NCBI GenBank assembly: GCA_021772985.1
Contig: JAJFKX010000014.1
Coordinates: 78,481 to 142,480, forward strand
Source: Gammaproteobacteria bacterium
Lineage (GTDB): Bacteria > Pseudomonadota > Gammaproteobacteria > Xanthomonadales > Wenzhouxiangellaceae
Reading direction: 5' to 3'
DNA length: 64,000 nucleotides
Positions 45,260 to 52,795 of this stretch are shown here, in pieces. Under the pieces are notes generated by a model. The model did not search any database. It had not been told where the DNA came from and saw only the letters and a program-made list of their open reading frames with translations. A program made the position numbers and the translations under genes. The stretch's first letter is position 1; each line of letters begins with the position of its first letter.

Positions 45260-46083
45260 ACAGCCCGGAGAAAACGGAATCAGCTTTGCTCAAGCTGTTG
45301 CAGACTCTCAATCAGCAAATGGTGCCTGTTCCTGCAGGGGTTTTCAGCATGGGCTCCAGTCAGGCAGAGGTAGATCGGTGTGTCGAATTTTGGACAAGCA
45401 GACTGGTCGATAAAAAATTTACCGCTGCACAGTTCCGGCAATGGATTTTAAAGGAGTACCCATGCCACCCTGTGCAGTTGAATTCATTCTCATTAAGCCG
45501 GTTCCCAATCACCAACCAGCAATACCGTGATTACATTACCGCAACCGGTGCGGCTGCCCCGGAATCCATACAACGCAATAAACCACAAAATCACCCGGTA
45601 TGGGGTGTTTCTCTGGATGCGGTTCAGGGTTTTTTAGATTGGTTGAGTATAGCCTCAGGAAAGGTATTCCGCCTGCCCACCGAAGCCGAATGGGAATATG
45701 CCGCCAAAGGTCCGCAATCACTCGAGTACCCTTTTGGAGAAGAATTTGACTCTGCGAAATGTAATACCGTTGAAGCCGGAATCGGAGACACCACCCCGGT
45801 AACCGACTATGCCCGGTTCGCTTCAGGCTTCGACATTTGTGACCTTGCCGGTAATGTCGAGGAATGGACCAGCGATTGTTATTCCCCCTACCAAGGTGGG
45901 ACTCTGGTCAAAGATGATCTGGTAGATACGCTGGGAACAAACTACCCGATTACCCGCGGTGGCTCCTTCAAACGAGGCGGTGACCTGGCCCGCTCAGCCA
46001 GAAGGCACGGCCCCTACCCGGCCCCGGAATATAAATTTATTGGCTTTAGGGTGGCCATTTCGGCCATGGACACCCATAAATGA
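45256..46083 (+). CDS. FGE-sulfatase (SUMF1/EgtB/PvdO) fold protein lacking the catalytic Cys pair and lacking a DinB domain
   Basis: RLPTEAEWEYAAKG, AGNVEEWTSD, TRGGSF, IGFRVA motifs. ATG 45256 forms an ATGA overlap with the methyltransferase stop; the track's start at 45241 is also possible. Confidence 0.8.
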   Translation: MNSPEKTESALLKLLQTLNQQMVPVPAGVFSMGSSQAEVDRCVEFWTSRLVDKKFTAAQFRQWILKEYPCHPVQLNSFSLSRFPITNQQYRDYITATGAAAPESIQRNKPQNHPVWGVSLDAVQGFLDWLSIASGKVFRLPTEAEWEYAAKGPQSLEYPFGEEFDSAKCNTVEAGIGDTTPVTDYARFASGFDICDLAGNVEEWTSDCYSPYQGGTLVKDDLVDTLGTNYPITRGGSFKRGGDLARSARRHGPYPAPEYKFIGFRVAISAMDTHK

Positions 46084-46417
46084 CTCCAAATTAAGCGGCT
46101 TTAGTGAAAAATCATGACCACCCATAACCATTTTGTAGGAGCGATCAAGACCACGACCTGAGTTGGCTTTGAGGTTGGGTCGCGCCCAGGTGTGCTCCTA
46201 CACACCTGGATATGGACACCTAGTGCCACTCCAGACACCCTTAGCTCTACTACGTGACGATATGCATTTTGACTTGAAAGCTGCTGCAGTCTCGGCTTAC
46301 CTTCGCAGCAGCCGATGATCTTTTTAGAACCATGAAATAACCTATAATGGTTATCAGCTACCGCCAACAGGGTGCTAAGTAAACGATTGGCTAGCATTAA
46401 ACAGTTAGGGATCACCC

Positions 46418-46681
46418 ATGACCGAACCATCGAATTATCAGATCAACTATAGCCGGGCTTATCCTCTCAGCAGTTTCGCTGCATATCCAGAATGGCCTCA
46501 GCAGAAAACTGATGGTGCAGCCACTGATGTTGCATTTTTGCATTCGGATTATGTTGTCCGGCAAGGTACGGGACTGGATGACGAAATAATCTTTGCTGAT
46601 GCTTCTGAGAGCTGGCTGGTGTTTTGCCGTGATCAGCTGGGTTTTGATAAGCAAAAGGCAGAGGTGCTGGAAGACAGTTAA
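46418..46681 (+). CDS. 87-aa hypothetical protein upstream of the TIR gene
   Basis: ATG with AGGGA 8 nt upstream. I recognise no motif. Coding status is supported only by ORF length and position. Confidence 0.45.
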   Translation: MTEPSNYQINYSRAYPLSSFAAYPEWPQQKTDGAATDVAFLHSDYVVRQGTGLDDEIIFADASESWLVFCRDQLGFDKQKAEVLEDS

Positions 46682-46756
46682 TTTGAATAAGTAAGCTCTT
46701 TGATAATTTGGGGGTAAAAGTGGGCATTATTTTCATCAGCCACTCCAGTCAGAACA

Positions 46757-49381
46757 ATGACTGAAACATCTGAACGCTTAAAAGTCTTTGTCTCGTATTC
46801 ACGCGATGACCTTGAGTTCGCAGATCAGTTGGTCTTAGCGCTTGAAGATAAAGGTTTTGAGCCCATCATCGACCGGCACGATATCGATGCCGCCGAGAAG
46901 TGGAAAGACCGGCTCGCGGCGTTATTGTTTTCCTGTGATACGGTGGTTTTTGTGCTCAGCGAAGTCTCTGCTGCATCACCGGTTTGTCGCTGGGAAGTGG
47001 AAGAAGCCGAACGTCTGGGCAAGCGGATGATTCCAGTATTGCCGGCCGCAGTGGATGGAGTCAAACCGCCGCAACAGCTTGCTGAACTCAACTATATTCA
47101 TTTCTACACCAATCCCAATGTTCCGGGCTCCGGTTTTTATCATGGGGTTCAACGGCTCGAAAAAGCACTGAAAACCGACCTTGTGTGGTTGCGCCAGCAA
47201 ACCCGGCTAAGCGAGCAGGCGGCGCGCTGGACACAAACAAACTCGGACGATCTATTAATACGTGGAACCGAATTAGAAGCAGCAATCCAGTGGCGGGTAA
47301 GGCAACCAAAGGAAACCGTCATACAACCGCATGTCCTGGCCTATATTCAGGTCAGTGAAACAGAGGAACAACGCCGCAAAGCTGAAGCTGCTGCTGACCT
47401 TGAAGCGCGTGAGCAGGCGCTGACCAAAGCTGAAGCTGCTGAAAAACGGCGGCGGCGCGCATCTATCAGAGGCATGGTGATCGCTGCTATGCTTACGCTG
47501 ATCGCAATTAGCGGGATCATATACGCAACAAAACGTTCTCTTGACGCCAACGATCTGAATGCACAGCTGTTTGCAGCAGAGGCAAACCGACTCAGCAGCA
47601 CAGGGAGGTATATTAACGCTGCGTTGATGGCATTACTCGGCGATCTCACAGCTGAAACAGGACTGATTGAGCCTTTGCTTCGCCCAAATAGGAACTCTGC
47701 AACGCGAACAGCATTGGAACATGCTGTGACACATAACCTACAGATAGGGTCTGTGGATACAAATAGCATCACTAGCACCATCGTCTTGCATCCCGATGGC
47801 ACACGTTTCCTGACAGTGTCTCATGACTGGACCGCCAAACTCTGGCAAATCGGTGAAGATACGCCGCTGCAGATATTCAACGGGCATGATGGCCCGGTCT
47901 ACTCCGTCGTCTTCCACTCCGATGGCGAACGTTTCTTGACAGGGTCTTCGGACAAGACCGCCAAACTCTGGCAGATCTGTGGAGGCACGCCGCTACAGAC
48001 CTTCTACGGGCATGATGTCTCGGTCTACTCCGTCGCCTTCCATCCCGATGGCGAACGTATCCTGACAGGTTCTTGGGACAAGACCGCCAAACTCTGGCGG
48101 ATCGGTGAAGACACGCCGCTAGAGACCTTCAATGGGCATGATGGCCCGGTCAACTCCGTCGCCTTCCATTCCGATGGTGAACGTCTCCTGTCAGGGTCTC
48201 ATGACAAGACCGCCAAACTCTGGCGGATCGGTGAAGATATGCCGCTGCAGACCTTCAACGTGCATGATGACTACGTCTTCTCCGTCGCCTTCCATCCCGA
48301 TGGCGAAGGTTTCCTGACAGGTTCTCGGGACAAGACCGCCAAACTCTGGCAGATCGGTGGAGGCACGCCGCTACAGACCTTCAACGGGCATGATGGCGAC
48401 GTCAACTCCGTCGCCTTCCATCCTGACGGCGAGCATATACTGACAGGTTCTGCTGACAATACCGCCAAACTCTGGCGGATCGGTGAAGACACGCCTCTAC
48501 AGACCTTCTACGGACATGATGTCTCGGTCTACTCCGTCGCCTTCCATCCCGATGGCGAGCGTTTCCTGACAGGGTCTCATGACAAGACCGCCAAACTCTG
48601 GCGGATCGGTGAAGACATGCCGCTGCAGACCTTCAACGGGCATGATTTCTCGGTCTTATCCGTCGCCTTCCATCCCGATGGCGAACGTTTCCTGACAGGG
48701 TCTCATGACAAGACCGCCAAACTCTGGCGGATCGGTGAAGACACGCCGCTGCAGACCTTCAACGTGCATGATGGCTCGGTCTTCTCCGTCGCCTTCCATC
48801 CCGATGGCGAACATTTCCTGATAAGTCCTGGGATCAATACCGCCAAACTCTGGCGGATCGGTGAAGACACGCCGCTGCAGACCTTTTACGGGCATGATAG
48901 CCGGGTCCAATCCGTCGCCTTCCATCCCGATGGTGAACGTTTCCTGACAGGTTCTTGGGACGATACCGCCAAACTCTGGCAGATCGGTGAAGACACGCCA
49001 CTGCAGACCTTCAACGGGCATGATAGCTTGGTCCACTCCGTCGCCTTCCACCCCGATGGAGAACGTATCCTGACAGGTTCTTGGGACAAGACCGCCAAAC
49101 TCTGGCGGATCGGTGAAGACATGCCGCTGCAGACCTTCGATGGGCATGATGAGGGGATCGACTCCGTCGCCTTCCATCCCGATGGCAAACATATCCTGAC
49201 CGGTTCTGACAATACCGCCAAACTCTGGCCCATTCACGCCTTCCTGTTTCTCTCCCCAGAAGAACAAGTCATCGAAGCCTGCAAAAAATTACGCGAGATC
49301 GGCAAATCCGCCTTCACCGAGGCCGACCGCCAACGCTACCCAATATTACGTAACCAGTCTCTCACGCCTTGTATGAAGTAA
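46757..49381 (+). CDS. TIR domain / helical linker / single TM helix / 12-blade WD40 repeat protein
   Basis: TIR_2-like KVFVSYSRDD...SPVCRWEVEEAERLG (aa 8-~135). LLIRGTELEAAIQW linker. EEQRRKAEAAADLEAREQALTKAEAAEKRRRRASIR, then hydrophobic MVIAAMLTLIAISGIIYA (aa 239-257). Then GHDxxVxSVAFHPDGERFLTGSxDKTAKLWxIGEDTPLQTF twelve times. Confidence 0.9.
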   Translation: MTETSERLKVFVSYSRDDLEFADQLVLALEDKGFEPIIDRHDIDAAEKWKDRLAALLFSCDTVVFVLSEVSAASPVCRWEVEEAERLGKRMIPVLPAAVDGVKPPQQLAELNYIHFYTNPNVPGSGFYHGVQRLEKALKTDLVWLRQQTRLSEQAARWTQTNSDDLLIRGTELEAAIQWRVRQPKETVIQPHVLAYIQVSETEEQRRKAEAAADLEAREQALTKAEAAEKRRRRASIRGMVIAAMLTLIAISGIIYATKRSLDANDLNAQLFAAEANRLSSTGRYINAALMALLGDLTAETGLIEPLLRPNRNSATRTALEHAVTHNLQIGSVDTNSITSTIVLHPDGTRFLTVSHDWTAKLWQIGEDTPLQIFNGHDGPVYSVVFHSDGERFLTGSSDKTAKLWQICGGTPLQTFYGHDVSVYSVAFHPDGERILTGSWDKTAKLWRIGEDTPLETFNGHDGPVNSVAFHSDGERLLSGSHDKTAKLWRIGEDMPLQTFNVHDDYVFSVAFHPDGEGFLTGSRDKTAKLWQIGGGTPLQTFNGHDGDVNSVAFHPDGEHILTGSADNTAKLWRIGEDTPLQTFYGHDVSVYSVAFHPDGERFLTGSHDKTAKLWRIGEDMPLQTFNGHDFSVLSVAFHPDGERFLTGSHDKTAKLWRIGEDTPLQTFNVHDGSVFSVAFHPDGEHFLISPGINTAKLWRIGEDTPLQTFYGHDSRVQSVAFHPDGERFLTGSWDDTAKLWQIGEDTPLQTFNGHDSLVHSVAFHPDGERILTGSWDKTAKLWRIGEDMPLQTFDGHDEGIDSVAFHPDGKHILTGSDNTAKLWPIHAFLFLSPEEQVIEACKKLREIGKSAFTEADRQRYPILRNQSLTPCMK
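47756..49240 (+). repeat. Twelve in-frame, head-to-tail 126-bp (42-codon) WD40 coding repeats with very high nucleotide identity
   Basis: Unit starts fall at 47756, 47882, 48008, 48134, 48260, 48386, 48512, 48638, 48764, 48890, 49016 and 49142; I checked the GGG/GTG-CAT-GAT register at several. Units 48512 and 48638 differ at about 7 of 126 nt by hand alignment. Confidence 0.95.
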
Positions 49382-49598
49382 ATTGATTCGCTTGCAAGCC
49401 TGATATAGGTCAGCTTGCATAACCAATTACTTTAAAAAGCAACAAACAAATATTAACGCATCCACCTTGTTCTCACTCTATAATAATTTTGGTGCATAAA
49501 TACTGTGATTGTTTTTTTCGTGATATATGGAATATGTATTTTGCACTTGGAAATAAAGCCTTATTACATGGAGTAACTATTTACAAGGAGTAACTAAT

Positions 49599-50387
49599 AT
49601 GAGGACTAAATTTATTTTGCTGTTGATTCTTCTGTCATTAAGCTGCGCGAATCAGACAATGGCAGCTGGTACCATCACAGTTGTTTTACTGAATGACACT
49701 TTGTTCATCGATGGTGATGCTCAAGACAATACCGTGATTGTGGAAGTCGATTCGCTGCTTAACCAGATCACGGTTTCTTCGCCGGACACAATCAGCGGCA
49801 TAGCTACAGTATTCGGAACTACAGAAGTCGATACAGTGGACATACTGATGGGCAGTGGGAACGACCATGTTGTGGTTGCCGCACCATCTGTTTTAACACC
49901 ACCATTCGAAGACTTAATCATCGATGGTGGGAAAAACTCGGATGAAATTGTAATCGGTGCATTGGTGGTCGAATCAATTGATATCTTTCCCGAAAACGGC
50001 AATGACCACATCGAACTAATCAATTGTGCTGCGACATCTCTGCGTGTTCGCCAATCAAACGGCGATGATAACCTGGGTGTTTTGAGTTGCGATTTTGATG
50101 ATGTCAATATTGATCTTGGCACCGATAAAGACTGTCTGTATATTGATGATTCAAGTTTTGACGGGCCGTTTGATGCCAATACCAACGAGCAAAAAGACAT
50201 CACCGTTGCCATAGATAATCAATTCACTGGCGCCACGACAAGCTTCAAAGGTGGCGGCGACAACGATAAAATCTATCTAAGAGGTAATACCTTTACCACC
50301 CAGTTAACGGTCAACTCGGAAGTTGAAGATCAGGGAACAATACCAGCACCGACCTGGAGCCAGGATTGCATAGATTTTTTCGAATAA
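49599..50387 (+). CDS. Secreted or lipoprotein-like acidic protein with degenerate G-(N/D)-D-x-(I/V) repeats (beta-roll/beta-helix-like)
   Basis: Signal MRTKFILLLILLSLSCANQTMAAG. Recurring GSGNDHVVV, ENGNDHIEL, SNGDDNLGV, GGGDNDKIYL. SD AAGGAG. Confidence 0.6.
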   Translation: MRTKFILLLILLSLSCANQTMAAGTITVVLLNDTLFIDGDAQDNTVIVEVDSLLNQITVSSPDTISGIATVFGTTEVDTVDILMGSGNDHVVVAAPSVLTPPFEDLIIDGGKNSDEIVIGALVVESIDIFPENGNDHIELINCAATSLRVRQSNGDDNLGVLSCDFDDVNIDLGTDKDCLYIDDSSFDGPFDANTNEQKDITVAIDNQFTGATTSFKGGGDNDKIYLRGNTFTTQLTVNSEVEDQGTIPAPTWSQDCIDFFE

Positions 50388-50421
50388 ATTTCGGCAAGCC
50401 TACACGCTGAAATTTCATCAA

Positions 50422-50456
50422 ATTCGGCGCCATGAAAAATCTTCGTGGCGCCGATT
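50422..50456 (+). terminator. GC-rich hairpin; candidate terminator after the 262-aa gene
   Basis: AATTCGGCGCCA-(13 nt)-TGGCGCCGATT, a 9-11 bp stem 35 nt after the stop. The U-tail is weak (TTATGT). Confidence 0.4.
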
Positions 50457-50683
50457 ATGTAGCGAATATCAACAACCATAATTCCACACCATATCCATCA
50501 CCCACTACCAGACTACTCTCACACTCGATTTGCTAACCAAAGTACAATGCCCTGCATCTAAAACTTTTAGGCCATATGCTGCCCGGCGGTCTCGCCCCGA
50601 CTTGGATAAAATCCACACCCGAATCGACAGCACTGAAACAGGCTGATATTGGGAGAATTTTCAGTGATTGCGGATGATTAAAT

Positions 50684-51322
50684 ATGATGACCAGAATAAT
50701 CAGCACCCTTAGCGTACTAACGGTAATGACCTGCCTGTTGATACTAAATGTATCGGCGTTTGCTGCAGAACCACATGAAAATACCGAACAAGCACAGTTC
50801 ATGCTGCCAATACCTGATGGCTGGCGAACCGAAACCATTCCCTTTCCACTGGAATTTGCACCGGAACTGCAATATACCGGCATCGAAGAGCTGCGATTTT
50901 CACCGGGAATGTTTGATCCATCCAGCGAGCAGTTTTGGACCTATGCGTTCATTTGGTGGGTGCCGGATAGTACCCTGATTAATGCTGATCGACTTTCAGC
51001 AGATTTGGAAAATTATTTTTCCGGGCTTAGCAAAAGTGTCTCAGCCGGCAACGGTGTCGATATCAGCGGTGCCATTTTTCAGGCGAATTTTGTAGCACGG
51101 CCAGCTACCACTGACCAAGGTGTAAGATTCTCTGGCCAAGTCAATACGCTGGACGTATTTGTAACCAATCAGCCGGTGTCACTGAATGTTGCAGTCAGTG
51201 ATATCGCATGTCCAGAGCAGGGCCAAAAAGCCCTGTTCTTTGAATTTTCCCCACAACCACAGACCCACCAGGTTTGGACCTCGTTAGCAGACATACGTAC
51301 AGGCTTTCGATGTAGCAACTAA
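50684..51322 (+). CDS. Secreted hypothetical protein
   Basis: 212 aa with signal peptide LTVMTCLLILNVSAFAAE. No motif recognised. Confidence 0.55.
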   Translation: MMTRIISTLSVLTVMTCLLILNVSAFAAEPHENTEQAQFMLPIPDGWRTETIPFPLEFAPELQYTGIEELRFSPGMFDPSSEQFWTYAFIWWVPDSTLINADRLSADLENYFSGLSKSVSAGNGVDISGAIFQANFVARPATTDQGVRFSGQVNTLDVFVTNQPVSLNVAVSDIACPEQGQKALFFEFSPQPQTHQVWTSLADIRTGFRCSN

Positions 51323-51423
51323 CAACCCAACCGTGCCCAATATAAAGATTCATAAAGCGTGACATTAAGCTTCCGCCAGATTGCTTAAGCAACCCTTGTT
51401 CCGTTAATAAGACACGACAACAC

Positions 51424-52599
51424 ATGAAAATCATTGCTATTTCACTACTCGCCGTGCTGCTGGTTAACTGTCACAACAACGGTAGTGATACTGACCAGCC
51501 ATCAATCACCAGTGATGTTCAGCGCTCAATGGACAAACACGCTGCCGAGATTTTGGAAAATCCTGTCATTAACGCTGTATCAATAGGCATATACAGGGGT
51601 GGAAAAACCTATACCGGCCATTATGGAGAACTGGATCAGGGCAAAGGCAACACACCAACTGATGACACCATTTATGAAATAGCCTCGGTAACCAAAACCT
51701 TTACCGGCACTTTGGCGGCGCAGGCTGTCATGGACGGAAAAATCAGCCTGGATGATGATATTAGAGATCACTTGAATCAGGATTACCCCAAGCTTGAATT
51801 TGAAGGAAAACCGATTCGGTTCAGGCATTTGCTTACCCATACCAGCGGACTGCCTGCCAACAACCGGGCAGTGCAGCAGGTAGCAAACAACAATAAGGAC
51901 GGGCTGCTTTGGAAAAGGCTGTATGAAGCCGAACGTAACTACTCCAAACAAGCGTTCTTTGATCATCTGGGTGATATTCGTATCAAGGTTGAGCCTGGGA
52001 CAAAGTTTTTATACTCCAATTTTGCCACCAATCTGACCGCGCATATTTTGGAGAATGTCTACGCCAGCAGCTACGCTGAATTGCTCCAGCAGTACATATT
52101 TGATCAGGCCGGCATGTTGGATACCAAACTGCAGTTAAACGATGTAGAACAAAACCGCCTGGCCAATGGCTATAACGGCAAAGGTGAGTTGATGCCGCAC
52201 CTGGCAATAGCCGACGTGTTATGGGGGGCCGAGGGTGGTCTGAAATCTACGCTACCGGATATGCTCAGGTACATACAGTTTCAGCTAAACCAGAACAACC
52301 CCATCATTGCTGAATCGCACCGACGACTCCATCAGCTCGATCAGGGTTACTGGATCGGATATTTTTGGTGGGCCATTGATGTTGATGACAGCTTGATAAG
52401 TTACCGGCATGACGGCGGCGCAATCGGCACCCGCAACGTGCTGATCGTATACCCGGATATTGATCTGGGTATTCATGTCATAACCAACAACGCTTCCCGA
52501 AGCATTTTCCCGGCACTTACAAAACTGGGCGAGGCACTGCTGGAAGATCTGAAACCAGGCAACAATGAACATGACAGTAAACCCACTGTTACTGATTGA
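51424..52599 (+). CDS. Serine hydrolase of the class C beta-lactamase / PBP-like esterase family
   Basis: SxxK (ASVTKTF), YxN (LYSNFA) and a later HDGG motif. N-terminal signal or lipoprotein-like LLAVLLVNC. Confidence 0.8.
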   Translation: MKIIAISLLAVLLVNCHNNGSDTDQPSITSDVQRSMDKHAAEILENPVINAVSIGIYRGGKTYTGHYGELDQGKGNTPTDDTIYEIASVTKTFTGTLAAQAVMDGKISLDDDIRDHLNQDYPKLEFEGKPIRFRHLLTHTSGLPANNRAVQQVANNNKDGLLWKRLYEAERNYSKQAFFDHLGDIRIKVEPGTKFLYSNFATNLTAHILENVYASSYAELLQQYIFDQAGMLDTKLQLNDVEQNRLANGYNGKGELMPHLAIADVLWGAEGGLKSTLPDMLRYIQFQLNQNNPIIAESHRRLHQLDQGYWIGYFWWAIDVDDSLISYRHDGGAIGTRNVLIVYPDIDLGIHVITNNASRSIFPALTKLGEALLEDLKPGNNEHDSKPTVTD

Positions 52600-52740
52600 A
52601 TTATCCCCGAACAGAGCAGCTGAAACTGTTTGAAAGTGCAAGCTCATTAACAAGCATCGCCTGGATCTTTTCTCATCAGGCCATCAGCTTTTTTACCCGT
52701 TTAGGCTCTCCCGGGTTTATTTAGCCAAACCCTGAAGTAT

Positions 52741-52778
52741 ATGTTAATATTATTTAGCTTAATTGCTAAATGTTAATA
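52741..52778. promoter_or_regulatory. Operator candidate: a palindrome flanked by a direct repeat, upstream of the ABM-like/ArsR pair
   Basis: ATTTAGC-TTAATT-GCTAAAT at 52752-52771, flanked by ATGTTAATA at 52741-52749 and 52770-52778. About 20 nt before the SD/ATG at 52796. Confidence 0.35.
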
Positions 52779-52795
52779 ATTCGGGAGATAGACGA

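Noticed and set aside
46101-46430. 109-aa minus-strand ORF in the FGE/TIR intergenic gap
   Set aside because: No SD, odd composition, and it overlaps the start of the 87-aa plus-strand gene. The region is better explained by RNA hairpins.
46720-46764. 14-codon GTG uORF (G-run SD) whose TGA overlaps the TIR start region (AATGACTGA), suggesting translational coupling
   Set aside because: Too short and too weakly supported to call. There is no way to test conservation from this window.
47756-49240. Regular 126-bp periodicity that could be mistaken for a CRISPR or satellite array
   Set aside because: The units abut with no spacers, sit in frame within one ORF, and encode canonical WD40 blades.
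47347-49267. Minus-strand ORFs of 73-203 aa (for example 47347-47802 and 48656-49267), and plus-strand off-frame ORFs such as 48132-48317, inside the TIR-WD40 gene
   Set aside because: These are a by-product of the 126-bp repeat lacking stops in other frames. Their translations are themselves periodic mirror images of the WD40 repeat.
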